DNA from: Vulcanimicrobiota bacterium
GTDB taxonomy: Bacteria > Vulcanimicrobiota > Vulcanimicrobiia > Vulcanimicrobiales > Vulcanimicrobiaceae
DNA length: 64,000 bases
NCBI GenBank assembly: GCA_963786105.1
Contig: CAWAXX010000023.1
Location: 256,001-320,000 of the forward strand
Direction: 5' to 3'
Of the stretch, positions 26,286 through 35,767 are shown piece after piece. The translations under genes and the position numbers were made by a program. The notes beneath the pieces were generated by a model. That model was not told where the DNA came from. It did not search any database and saw only the letters and a list, made by a program, of their open reading frames with translations. Positions within the stretch are counted from its first letter, which is position 1; each line of letters starts with the position of its first letter.

Positions 26286-26902
26286 GGCGTGAAGTTCACG
26301 GTCGGCGGGGTTTGCGCGCCGGGCTGCGATTGGAAGTAGGGTTTTTCGTTGAAGCGGCTGCCGAACATCCCGGCGACGAAAACCGTGGGAATGGTGTCGC
26401 GCTTGGTGTTGAAAGCCCGTGCGACGTCGTTATACTTTTTGCGCTCGAACGCGATACGGTTCTCGGTTCCTTCGAGTTGAGCCTGAAGCGTCTGGAAGTT
26501 TTCGGTGGCCTTGAGCTGCGGATAGTTTTCCGAGACCGCGAGGAGTCGCGAAAGCGCCGAGCCCAACTGGTCTTGCGCGCGTGCGTACTGCGCGAAATCC
26601 TGCGGGTTGTTGATGGCGTTTTGGACGACCTGCGGAGAAATCTGCCCGACGCTCGCTCGTGCCTTCGCGACCGCCTCGTAGGTGCTCGATTCAAAGTTCG
26701 CGGCCCCCTTGACGGTGGCGACCAGGTTTGGAATGAGGTCGGCGCGGCGTTGATAGACGTTCTGAACCTGTCCCCATTGCGCGTCGACTGCTTGACCGAG
26801 CGTGACGAGCGAGTTGTACGTCCCGCCGATGAAGAGGAGGATGATCACGACGATGCCGATGACGACGACCGGACCGACGTACGAGCGACGTTGCTGTTGC
26901 AT
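26282..26902 (-). CDS. lemA: LemA family protein
   Basis: YNSLV...W.QV..VYQRRADLIPNLV; ENYPQLKA..NF..LQ.QLEGTENRI. Confidence 0.95.
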   Translation of the reverse strand: MQQQRRSYVGPVVVIGIVVIILLFIGGTYNSLVTLGQAVDAQWGQVQNVYQRRADLIPNLVATVKGAANFESSTYEAVAKARASVGQISPQVVQNAINNPQDFAQYARAQDQLGSALSRLLAVSENYPQLKATENFQTLQAQLEGTENRIAFERKKYNDVARAFNTKRDTIPTVFVAGMFGSRFNEKPYFQSQPGAQTPPTVNFTP

Positions 26903-26910
26903 GCTGGCTC

Positions 26911-28554
26911 CTAAATTTGCCACTCCCACGCGTTCCAGAACGGCGTGACCGCGTGGGCCGGGCGATAGTTTTTCAAGTCGGTATTGACGACGTCGAGTTG
27001 GCGCTGGTACCAGAGTACCAGAAAGGGCAGGCCCTCGGCGGCGATTTCCTGGACGCGCGCGTACTCCCTCCGCCGAATCGCCGGATCGTAACTCTCGATC
27101 GCCGCCCGCTCGGCGGCGTCGAGCGCCGGGCTGCAAAAATGATAGACGTTCCATCCGGCCGGTGGCGCCATCGAGCAAAGGATCAAGATCGAGTCGTCGG
27201 GATCGGTGCCGTTGGCCCAATTCTCGAAAATGACGTCGAACTTCCCGGATTGTTCGATTCCACCCATGGATTTGGTGGCGTAGAGCTGTCCCGAAGGATA
27301 GTTCTTAATGCTCACGTCGACGCCGGCTTGACGCCACTGCGCTTGGATGAGCGCCTCGGCAGACTGCGCGGTGCCCGAGCCCGTAAAACTCACGAGCGTT
27401 AACGCCAGCGGCTTACCGTCCTTTGCGCGAATGCCGTCTGGCTGGAGATGCCAGCCGGCCGCATCGAGCAGGCGTGCGGCGGCAGCCGGGTCGTAGGCGT
27501 AGTGTCGAGCTCGCGGATTGTAGGCCCAAAAAAATGGCGGCTGATCGGTGTCGCCGGGAATCGTAATGCCGTGCGTCACCTTATCGATGAGCGCGCGACG
27601 GTCGGTCGCCAAAGCGAGGGCTTGACGTACGTGGACGTCGCTCAGCGCCGGCACGGCCGCGTTGAATCCGATGTCGGCATAGCGCGTAAATGGAGATAGG
27701 ACGACGCGCGTTCCGGGGATCCCACGCAGGCTTTCGGCCATCGTTTCGGGTGCCCGGTAGAAGAAGTCGATCTGGTGCGACTGGAGGAGTGCGAGCATCG
27801 TGTTGTCGCTCGGAACGATGTGCCAGTCGATTCGCTTCAATCTTGGCGCGCCGCGCCAATAGCGCCGATTGGCGACGAACTCGATCTCCGAGCCGCGTTC
27901 GTATTTGGCGATTTGAAACGGGCCCGTGCCGACGGGAAGCTCGTTAAACGGGATGCGGTTAAGGTCGGGATATTTTGAGAGCAGGTGTTCGGGGAGGATA
28001 CAGTCGGGGTGGTTTGCCATCGTAAAGAAGCCGGCGACGAACGGCGCATACCGGTGCTTGAGATGGACGACGACGGTGTACGCGTCCCGACGGTCGATGC
28101 GCGACACCACGTCGTATCCTAGGCGGCTGACGACGGCGTTGCGTGGATTGAGCATTTGATGCCACGTGTAGATGAGGTCGTCCGCGCTGAAGGGCGCGCC
28201 GTCTTGCCAGCTCACGCCATGCCTTAAGCGATAGGTGATGGACAAACCGTCGCGGGCGACGTCGCCGTTGCGTAGCGTCGGCACGCGCGTCGCGAGCTCC
28301 GGCACAAGTTCGTTGCGATCGCTCCAGTTGAACAGATACGCCGCCCAAAACATTGAGAGGTCGGTATCGACCGTCTGCGTTCCGAGCAAGGTATTCAGGT
28401 TGTCGGGGTCCTGGCGAGCGGCCATCCGCAAGATGCCCGGCACCGTCCACGGATTGCGCTGACCGGGGTTTCCGCCATTCGACGTGCGCGTGCAGCCGGT
28501 TGCGCCCGCGAGCAGCAGCACGATCGCCACTGCAAAAGCGAGGCGTGAGGTCAA
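26911..28554 (-). CDS. Peptide/nickel ABC transporter substrate-binding lipoprotein (family 5)
   Basis: Lipobox ATGC; LRHGVSWQDGAPFSADD; PVGTGPF; probable TTG start overlapping the creatininase stop. Confidence 0.9.
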   Translation of the reverse strand: MTSRLAFAVAIVLLLAGATGCTRTSNGGNPGQRNPWTVPGILRMAARQDPDNLNTLLGTQTVDTDLSMFWAAYLFNWSDRNELVPELATRVPTLRNGDVARDGLSITYRLRHGVSWQDGAPFSADDLIYTWHQMLNPRNAVVSRLGYDVVSRIDRRDAYTVVVHLKHRYAPFVAGFFTMANHPDCILPEHLLSKYPDLNRIPFNELPVGTGPFQIAKYERGSEIEFVANRRYWRGAPRLKRIDWHIVPSDNTMLALLQSHQIDFFYRAPETMAESLRGIPGTRVVLSPFTRYADIGFNAAVPALSDVHVRQALALATDRRALIDKVTHGITIPGDTDQPPFFWAYNPRARHYAYDPAAAARLLDAAGWHLQPDGIRAKDGKPLALTLVSFTGSGTAQSAEALIQAQWRQAGVDVSIKNYPSGQLYATKSMGGIEQSGKFDVIFENWANGTDPDDSILILCSMAPPAGWNVYHFCSPALDAAERAAIESYDPAIRRREYARVQEIAAEGLPFLVLWYQRQLDVVNTDLKNYRPAHAVTPFWNAWEWQI

Positions 28555-29357
28555 TGATGGTCTCGACGAACTGCCGGAGCGCGAGCGCGCATCTCGTCGA
28601 CGAGTTCGACAATGCCGTCGGCCGCGGCATCCAGGAAGGCCCGGCCCTTTTCGGCCGAAGCCCTCGTCGGGTCGCCCATGACGCCGCTCTCGCTGAGCGC
28701 GCTCCAATGCTCCATCATCACCAACGGTCCATCTCCTCCGATGAGATCGCCCCGATAATTCCTTGAGGGGCGATGCGAGAGCTCGCGCACTGCTTTGCTC
28801 ATGTCGACCAGCTCGGGGGCGATCGCGAGGTAGAGCGACGTTTCGAACTCGCAGGCGTGATTCATGCCGCCGATTTTGTCCGATTCGCGCAGCGATTCCA
28901 CGACATCGCGAACGCCCGGCGCGGCCCAGTAGTTCACCGCCGCCGCCAGCACGCCGGTTTCGACCACGGTCAAGCGCGCGACGATGTCGATGAAGGGCGT
29001 ATTGCTGCCGTGTCCGTTCACGATGAGGATTTTTCGAAACCCATGATGAGCCAGGCTACGGCACACGTCGACGCCGTAGTCGATCAGCGTATGCGCTCCG
29101 ATGGTAATGGCGCCCGGAAAGTCGAGGTGGTGCGGACTATAACCGTGGTTGATTGCGGGAACCAAGACCGCACGATCGGGCGCCCGCGAGACGGCTTCCT
29201 CACATACCGCGTTGCACAGCCGCAAGTCCGTGTCGATCGGCAGATGGAGCCCGTGATCTTCGAGCGTCGCGATCGGCACGACGGCGACGCGGTCCGAAGC
29301 CGCTGCTTCTTTGACTTCGGGCCAGGTGAGCTCGCCGTAGCGATATTTTATCGGCAT
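28551..29357 (-). CDS. Creatininase / creatinine amidohydrolase family protein
   Basis: EDHGLHLPIDTD, GYSPHH..FPG, NGHGSN, HACEFETS, GVMGDP. Confidence 0.92.
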   Translation of the reverse strand: MPIKYRYGELTWPEVKEAAASDRVAVVPIATLEDHGLHLPIDTDLRLCNAVCEEAVSRAPDRAVLVPAINHGYSPHHLDFPGAITIGAHTLIDYGVDVCRSLAHHGFRKILIVNGHGSNTPFIDIVARLTVVETGVLAAAVNYWAAPGVRDVVESLRESDKIGGMNHACEFETSLYLAIAPELVDMSKAVRELSHRPSRNYRGDLIGGDGPLVMMEHWSALSESGVMGDPTRASAEKGRAFLDAAADGIVELVDEMRARAPAVRRDHH

Positions 29358-29363
29358 GCCACG

Positions 29364-29467
29364 CTAGTCGGCCGTCCGCCGTCGGCTTTGATGATTAGTT
29401 TCATTTCCGTCAAGCCAAGCTGATGCATGAAGTACGATTCGCCGTGGGGCGCGCCGATGGCCTGGAA
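29364..29467 (-). pseudogene. Remnant 3' end of a phosphoesterase paralogue
   Basis: Degenerate copy of about 29529-29630; encodes FQAIGAPHGESYFMHQLGLTEMKLIIKADGG versus FQPFIAPFGESYFMHQRGSTEMKQIIERDGG. Confidence 0.8.
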
Positions 29468-29480
29468 TTGTCGCGCAGTT

Positions 29481-29523
29481 GTCCTTCGACTGCGCGCCTT
29501 CGGCGCTCCGCTCAGGATGACAC
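29481..29523. repeat. REP-like palindromic repeat (TCCTTCGACTGCGC...GCTCCGCTCAGGATGACAC), copy 1
   Basis: Near-identical sequence at about 47343 and 63505; internal gcgcc-ttc-ggcgc hairpin. Confidence 0.8.
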
Positions 29524-29528
29524 CGTGG

Positions 29529-30941
29529 CTAGTCGGGCGGTCCGCCGTCCCTTTCGATGATCTGTTTCATTTCCGTCGAGCCGCGCTGGTGCATGAAGTA
29601 CGATTCGCCAAACGGGGCGATGAAGGGTTGAAACGGAGCGGGCTTCTGACTGAAGTTGAAAACATCGCCGATGGAGTTGGCGCGCACGTCGGTCGCTCCT
29701 AGGGATGTGGTGTTGAAGTTCTCTTCGATGAACTTCAGGACGCTGCCGAACTCGTATTGCGTCTTGGAGACGAAATGGCGCTTGGCGAACGGCGAGATCA
29801 CGATCATCGGCACGCGCATGCCGAGGCTGGTGTAGTCGAGCTGCGGCGGCGGTACGTTGTCGTAGTAGCCGCCCCAGTCGTCCCACAGAACGACGATCGC
29901 CGTATTGTTCCAATACGCGCTTTTGCCGACGGCATTCACTACCGACGTCACCCACGCCGGCCCCTTATTGTTTCCACTCGCCGGGTGGTCCGAATCCGGC
30001 AGAAGCGGGATGACCCACGACACCTGCGGCAGCATTCCGTTCTTGATGTCAGTCAGGATCTTGGTGTTGGGACTGCTGATGTTCTTCCAGTCGGCGCCGC
30101 GTCGCACGCTTTTGATCGCGTCGAAGCCGTTCCAAACGGCACCGGAAAAGTCGTCGAGAAGTCCGGCGACGTAGAACTTCCAGGATACGCCGGCGGCGTC
30201 GAGGACGTCGGCCATCGTCTTATACTGGGTGAGGCACGGGAAGGGGCCGCCGTTTTCATCGACCCTCCCGTTGGTAAAGATAACCCCGGTAGTCGTGCGC
30301 GGATCGGAGTTATCGCAGCCCCACGGAATCGACGACGGAGTGTCGACCAGCGATTCGTGGGAGTTTAGTTTCGTGGTGCCGGCGATGATCTGCTGGTGCG
30401 CCACGAAGCTGTCGGTGGTCGCCGTCGAAAACATGTGATCGGCCAGCGTATATCGATTCGCCATATCCCAATACGGTTGGACTTCGCGTCGCACGACGTA
30501 TGCATACGGATAGAAGAGCGCCGGGCCGTTTCCGCCGGCCGTCCCAAAGGCGATCGTGTCGAAGCCGTCCATTTTGCCGCCGTCGTACTCTTTTTCGAAC
30601 GTATTGTGACCGTGCTCGATGTCGACTCCGCCCAAGCACTTGCACGTTTCCAAGGTGATGGGCTTCATGTGCACGAGTTGACCCGGTTGAGTGCAAATCT
30701 CATTGTGACCGGGGGGCTTGTAGGGCTTGCAGGCTCCCGTCGTGCTGGTATCGGCGCCCGGGAAACTCATGAACAGGTTATTGAAGCTGCGGTTCTCTTG
30801 GAAGAGCACGATGACGTGCTGAATCGACGACGACGGCGGACTGCTCGAGCCGGTCGGCAAAGGCGCGGGCGTGCCGATTGTCGAGCCGCAGCCGACGGAA
30901 AGTACGACTGCAGCAACGGCGAGTGCGCGAAATCGATTCAC
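29529..30941 (-). CDS. Phosphoesterase (phospholipase C/AcpA family) lipoprotein
   Basis: HVIVLFQENRSFNN, SFVAHQ, SDHP, WDDWGGYYDNV, LGMRVP. Confidence 0.92.
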   Translation of the reverse strand: MNRFRALAVAAVVLSVGCGSTIGTPAPLPTGSSSPPSSSIQHVIVLFQENRSFNNLFMSFPGADTSTTGACKPYKPPGHNEICTQPGQLVHMKPITLETCKCLGGVDIEHGHNTFEKEYDGGKMDGFDTIAFGTAGGNGPALFYPYAYVVRREVQPYWDMANRYTLADHMFSTATTDSFVAHQQIIAGTTKLNSHESLVDTPSSIPWGCDNSDPRTTTGVIFTNGRVDENGGPFPCLTQYKTMADVLDAAGVSWKFYVAGLLDDFSGAVWNGFDAIKSVRRGADWKNISSPNTKILTDIKNGMLPQVSWVIPLLPDSDHPASGNNKGPAWVTSVVNAVGKSAYWNNTAIVVLWDDWGGYYDNVPPPQLDYTSLGMRVPMIVISPFAKRHFVSKTQYEFGSVLKFIEENFNTTSLGATDVRANSIGDVFNFSQKPAPFQPFIAPFGESYFMHQRGSTEMKQIIERDGGPPD

Positions 30942-31086
30942 GAGAACCTCCGGCGAATGTAGGGGTGGCTAGGAGCACGGTTTTTCCACGTTTTACGCGA
31001 GCGCCTTCTTGCGCGAAGGAAAATAGACCCTGGTTATTGCACGATTAAGGAAAGCTACCCGTTGCCCCAGTTAGAAGGAGATCTAG

Positions 31087-31572
31087 ATGCGCTTTTTCAC
31101 CTCAACGCTTGCGATCGTCTCGATCGCACTTGCTTTTACGGCGTGCACCGGCAAGTCGTCGTCGAGCTCAGATCAATCGAGCGCGACCGCTACATCCGGC
31201 GCCGAAGCAACCGCTGCTGCGAGTTCGGATCAATCGATGACGACCGCGACGTCCGGCGCCGAAGCAAGTGCCGCGCCGTCGGGCGACATTCCGCCGTATC
31301 CCGGTGCCACAACGCAAGCTTCGGGAAGTTCGTCGAATATGATGACTCAAAATGCGACGGGAACGGTTTTGACGACGGGCGATTCGTTCGACACCGTGTA
31401 CCAATGGTATCAAAAGAACATGCCCGCCGGCTCGGAGCGCGCGCACGTAACGACACCCGTTCCGAGCGCGCTGTTCGTGATGGTTGGGGCCGACAAGGAA
31501 CAAGCGTCAGTGGCGATTACCACCAACGAAGGAAAGACGGTCATCACGATCGGGCACGTGAAGATTCGCTAG
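31087..31572 (+). CDS. Hypothetical lipoprotein
   Basis: GGAG RBS; lipobox FTAC; Ser/Ala-rich duplicated linker; IPPYPGA domain. Confidence 0.75.
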   Translation: MRFFTSTLAIVSIALAFTACTGKSSSSSDQSSATATSGAEATAAASSDQSMTTATSGAEASAAPSGDIPPYPGATTQASGSSSNMMTQNATGTVLTTGDSFDTVYQWYQKNMPAGSERAHVTTPVPSALFVMVGADKEQASVAITTNEGKTVITIGHVKIR

Positions 31573-31577
31573 TCGCG

Positions 31578-31838
31578 CTATTTTTGCACGGCGCGCCACT
31601 CGCCGTTCTCGCCGTCCTGCCACTCGACGAACCATCCGCCGCCGCAGGGGATGGCGGGATTCTTGAGCTGTTCGGGATCGATCCCGAATGCCATGAGTAC
31701 GTGCTTGGACGCTTCGCGCATCTCGCGCGTCCAACGTTCGACCTCGGGCGTTGGTTTGGCCGGAATCGCACGGGTCGCCCGTGCGATTCCGTTTAAGCCG
31801 TCGGCCATCGAGGTTGCTATCGCTTTGTAATCGATCAT
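31578..31838 (-). CDS. Hypothetical protein
   Basis: GGAGG RBS; plausible composition; lies downstream of the HD-GYP gene. Confidence 0.55.
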   Translation of the reverse strand: MIDYKAIATSMADGLNGIARATRAIPAKPTPEVERWTREMREASKHVLMAFGIDPEQLKNPAIPCGGGWFVEWQDGENGEWRAVQK

Positions 31839-31953
31839 AGACGCCTCCGAAGAGAAGAGTCGGCACCCGTCGCGTATTGTCCTCGGTGCGCGCGGTCACT
31901 CAACGCCAAAAGACACCCGGCGAGCGGATGCCTTTTGAGAGTGTCGGCGGTTC

Positions 31954-32778
31954 CTAGGCCGCCGTCGAGGTGCCGGTGCGGAGGCGTCGAGAGAAGAGCA
32001 GGCGCTCGAGGGCTCCAACGACCAGCGTATCGTAGAGGGTGCCGGCGTTGTCGGACAGATGCACCAGCGTGTCGTGCACCGAGTGCGATTCATGGTACGG
32101 AGCGGCGCACGCCATCGTATCGAACACGTCGGCAACCGTGAGAATGCGCACTTCGAGCGGGATGTCCGGCGAGCGCAAGGCGTCGGGATAACCCGAGCCG
32201 TCGAGACGCTCGTGGTGCGCGCGAATCCAGCCTGCATATCGTTGCAGAGCTGGAATCGCGCGAACCATGCGTTCGCCGAGAGCACAGTGCTCGCCGGCGT
32301 GGGCGCTATGCGGCAACCCGACTTTACCTACGTCAACGAGACGGCCGGCGATCGCGACGTGACGTATGCGATCGGCGTCCAGCCCGAGGTCCTTGGCGAT
32401 GCGCCCGGCAAGGGAGCCCACACCCGAGAGATGAGTGAGTAGCGCTGAATCGGCTACTCGAATCATCTCATGCATTGCATCGACCAAGTCCTCGGGCGTG
32501 CTCCCGTGGACGGCGGCTTCTTCCCACACGATTTCTTGCGTGCGTTCGCGTAGGCAAGACAAGCGTTTTAGCACGTTGCGTCGCTCGAGTTCCGGAACGC
32601 GGACGGCTATTTCCGCGCTCGCACGATCGAGCAAAGCGGTAATCTCGTCCGGCGCGGCGGCGTGCATCTCCCGACGTACCCAGTCCACGATCGCCCAGCG
32701 ATCTTCGAACTGCACCTCGTCGCGAACGATTGAGAGCAACTCGGCGAAAGCGTGGCGCTCTCCTGGATAACGAATCAC
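31954..32778 (-). CDS. HD-GYP domain protein with a degenerate HD motif
   Basis: HHERLDGSGYP, RILTVADVFD; RLVDVGK in place of the usual LHDIGK; probable GTG start. Confidence 0.8.
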   Translation of the reverse strand: MIRYPGERHAFAELLSIVRDEVQFEDRWAIVDWVRREMHAAAPDEITALLDRASAEIAVRVPELERRNVLKRLSCLRERTQEIVWEEAAVHGSTPEDLVDAMHEMIRVADSALLTHLSGVGSLAGRIAKDLGLDADRIRHVAIAGRLVDVGKVGLPHSAHAGEHCALGERMVRAIPALQRYAGWIRAHHERLDGSGYPDALRSPDIPLEVRILTVADVFDTMACAAPYHESHSVHDTLVHLSDNAGTLYDTLVVGALERLLFSRRLRTGTSTAA

Positions 32779-32977
32779 TGGCAAATCCTTACGGCATGTA
32801 CGGGGGAACGATAGAGTAGAAAATGTCGTGTGCGACGGCAAAAAAATGATGAAGCAGAGCAAGGATCACTACGGGCACTCCTCAGGGCGTCTGGGCTGCA
32901 TCCATCGTACGACGGTTTGCATTGTCGCGCATGACACTAAGATGCTATCGCCATCTTCGGCGGACAAGGGGAGTCCT

Positions 32978-35341
32978 CTACAGTAGGCCGAGCCTACGAG
33001 CGATCGCCACCGCCTCGATCGTGTTGCCCGCGCCGAGTTTCCCGATGATCGAACGGCGCTGGTTCTTAATGGTGTGGACCGAACGCCCGGTGAGATTGGC
33101 AATGCGCGGCGCATCCATGCCGGACGCGAGATACGATAACACCGAGAGCTCGGTGCGCGAAAGGGGCGTGCGCTCGCGGTCGAGGCCGCAGGCTTCGGCC
33201 ATCATCGCGATGCCCGCCAAGCCGGCGGTGCGCATCGTTTCGGCAAAGCCGGCGATATCGCGATGGACCGCGTAGCGCCGCGCCGCACCAACAAAAACGT
33301 TCCCGATTGCCGTGCGCGCCTCGGCTTGCAGGCGGCTGGTTGCCGCGTTCGCGCGACCCAACAGCACCTCGGCTATACCGGCGAAGGACGACGCCATCTC
33401 AAAGTGTGCCGCTACAAACGGGTCGGCCGGCGACGGAGTCGTGGCGCTCAGCTGACGGAGCAAATCCGCGCCGCGTTCCATGGAACCCGCCGCACAAGCC
33501 AGGAACGCCCCGAGGGCCAGCGGTAACCGTTGCATGTGCGACGGGGCCGCCGACGCAAAGGCCGCAACGCGATCGGCCGCCGCGAGGAAGTTCCCTTCCC
33601 AAGCATCCACGATCGAACGGCATACCGCGTAGGTCTCCATGCCGAGCCAGTCGTGCCCCAGTTTCCGCACGGCGTCGTCGTATGCCGCGGCACGGCCGGC
33701 ACGCCCGGCGAGCACCTCGATCTCGAAGGCCGCGACCAAATCGGAGGCGCGCTCGTTCGGATCGCCGACCAGCGCCTGAAGCGAAACCAGCCGTCCGACG
33801 TGCACGGCCGCCAGATCGAGGTTCGCGCGCAAGGCGGCAATGCCGTAGCGAATCTTTAACGCGCGCACCTCGAGCAGCACGGAGCCGGCTGCGCGGGCGG
33901 CATCCTCGCCGCGCGTAGCAAGACCTTCGGCCTCGTCGAAAGCGCCCTTGCGAGTCGCCACTAGGGCCGCGTGGATGGCGGCGGTCGCAACGAGGGACGC
34001 GTCTCCGCTGCGGATGGCGGTCTGCATAGCCGTCGTCAAGCGTGCTCGCTCCCCAAGCAAGTTGCCGAGCAGGCATTCGCGATGCACTTGGACGGCTGGT
34101 TCGTCCGAGGTAAGGGCCAGGAGCACCGGCACCGCTCGATAACCTCGGCCGCAATACGCCATCGATCGAGCCAAGCGCAGCGCCGCCGCCGGCGCGCGCA
34201 GCGCGACCTCGGCGAGGATGGTTTCGGCGATCGCCGCCGCCTCTTCGAACTGCGATGAAAAGATCAGAAGAAAGCACCGAGCGGCGGCAGCGGCAGCCGG
34301 CGGCACCTCGCGCAGGGTGGACAACCGTTCCAGCGCGGCTCGATCGTATCGATCGTGCAGCGGGGCGAGCAACTCCCAGCCTCGTTCATGTAGCGTGTGC
34401 GGCGCTTCGGCAGAGAGCAGGCTGAAGACGGCCGACGGCTCGGCGTCGTCGAGCGTCATTCGTTCGGCGACGTCGCGCCGCTCGCGGGCGTCCACCAGTT
34501 TCAACAGCGCGGCGACCACGATCTCGTGGAGTCCAGATGCCGATTCCGGAAATCCCAGGCGGCGAACCAGTGCGAACTGGTCGGTGGTTGGGCGCACCGC
34601 ATGAGCAGTGGCGAGCGCGGTTTCGATCAGCGACCTACGCTCGGTTTCGGAAAGTTCGGCCAACGCGGATCCCGCAATGGTTGCGATGCCCTCGCCAAGT
34701 TGTGCGAGGACTCGATCCGACGCGTAACCGCGGCGCAGCAGCGATGCCGCCAGCGACGCGGCAATCGGCCATCCCCCAAACGTGGAAACGATCGCGAACG
34801 CGAGTTCCTGAGAATACGAAAAATCGGCGAGGAGTTCCGACACGTGCTCGCTTCGAAACGCCAGCGTGTCGGGGCCGAACGGCATGCCGACGAATCCGCG
34901 AGACAGCCATGACCCGACGGGTAGCGCCGCCATCGAGCGGCCGACGAGCACGAGATGAACGTCTTGCGCCTCGACCAGCGCTTCGACGACCTGCGCGTCC
35001 GTGGAATCGAGGCGTTGCACGTCGTCGATCAGCAGCGAACTGCGAGCCGGAACGGCGGCCAGAATGGAACGTACGACGCCGTCGGCATCGCCGGCGAGCC
35101 TCGCGACGATGCTGCCGGCGTCCGCCTGCGACAGGCCGAAAGCCTTCAGTAAGGCAGCATGAAACGAGCCCCGGCGAGCGGCTGATGGGACTTCGACATA
35201 CTGCGCGTTTGGAAACGCCGCGCGCACGGCGGTGGTTTTGCCCCAACCGGGGCCGGCCTCCACGAGTAAAACGCGTTCGTGGAGCGACGCCGCCCGCAGC
35301 GCTCGGACCGCCCCGGCTTCAACCCTGACCCGTTGCTCCAG
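32978..35341 (-). CDS. MalT-like ATP-binding LuxR-family regulator (start uncertain)
   Basis: Walker A GPGWGKTT, LLIDD, GWP motif; C-terminal LSRTE..VL..LASG...IA...S..TIK LuxR helix-turn-helix. Confidence 0.85.
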   Translation of the reverse strand: MEQRVRVEAGAVRALRAASLHERVLLVEAGPGWGKTTAVRAAFPNAQYVEVPSAARRGSFHAALLKAFGLSQADAGSIVARLAGDADGVVRSILAAVPARSSLLIDDVQRLDSTDAQVVEALVEAQDVHLVLVGRSMAALPVGSWLSRGFVGMPFGPDTLAFRSEHVSELLADFSYSQELAFAIVSTFGGWPIAASLAASLLRRGYASDRVLAQLGEGIATIAGSALAELSETERRSLIETALATAHAVRPTTDQFALVRRLGFPESASGLHEIVVAALLKLVDARERRDVAERMTLDDAEPSAVFSLLSAEAPHTLHERGWELLAPLHDRYDRAALERLSTLREVPPAAAAAARCFLLIFSSQFEEAAAIAETILAEVALRAPAAALRLARSMAYCGRGYRAVPVLLALTSDEPAVQVHRECLLGNLLGERARLTTAMQTAIRSGDASLVATAAIHAALVATRKGAFDEAEGLATRGEDAARAAGSVLLEVRALKIRYGIAALRANLDLAAVHVGRLVSLQALVGDPNERASDLVAAFEIEVLAGRAGRAAAYDDAVRKLGHDWLGMETYAVCRSIVDAWEGNFLAAADRVAAFASAAPSHMQRLPLALGAFLACAAGSMERGADLLRQLSATTPSPADPFVAAHFEMASSFAGIAEVLLGRANAATSRLQAEARTAIGNVFVGAARRYAVHRDIAGFAETMRTAGLAGIAMMAEACGLDRERTPLSRTELSVLSYLASGMDAPRIANLTGRSVHTIKNQRRSIIGKLGAGNTIEAVAIARRLGLL

Positions 35342-35452
35342 GTTTACCTCCGACGCCCGGCCATTCTTGAATGACGGCTTCGCTCCCTGGGAATTGACGG
35401 CGCCCGATTGTTGCTGTCGTAACCTTTGGGACCGCGGCCGGTAGTCGTGGGC

Positions 35453-35752
35453 ATGAGACTGCTGCGGGCCATCGCGCGTTCGCGTTACGCGTTCCTGCGA
35501 GCCTGGCCGCTGATGCGGCACGCTCGCGTTCCCCTCGGGCTGAAGTTGGTTACGGCGGCTGCCGCGCTACTGATCATTTCGCCGCTGGACCCGTTTGCCG
35601 ACGTTCCCGTACTCGGCGTACTGGACGACGCCGCGTTGCTCGCCTTGCTGGCGATGGCGTTCGTGGGCGTGGCGCGATGGCTTCTGGCAAGAGAGACGCG
35701 CGAGGCCGTCCCGGTTCGAGCACGCCCTGTGCAGCGGCTTAGGCTGTCGTGA
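35453..35752 (+). CDS. YkvA/DUF1232 family membrane protein
   Basis: ISPLDPFADVPVLGVLDD motif. Confidence 0.8.
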   Translation: MRLLRAIARSRYAFLRAWPLMRHARVPLGLKLVTAAAALLIISPLDPFADVPVLGVLDDAALLALLAMAFVGVARWLLARETREAVPVRARPVQRLRLS

Positions 35753-35767
35753 CGATGTCGGCGTCGG

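Noticed and set aside
26903..27220. Extended N-terminus of LemA (similar extensions on the SBP, PFK and LuxR ORFs)
   Set aside because: The extensions overlap neighbouring real genes. Downstream starts fit RBS positions and family lengths better.
28551..29357. Mycofactocin peptidase MftE
   Set aside because: No mftA-D or mftF genes nearby, so only the creatininase family call is supported.
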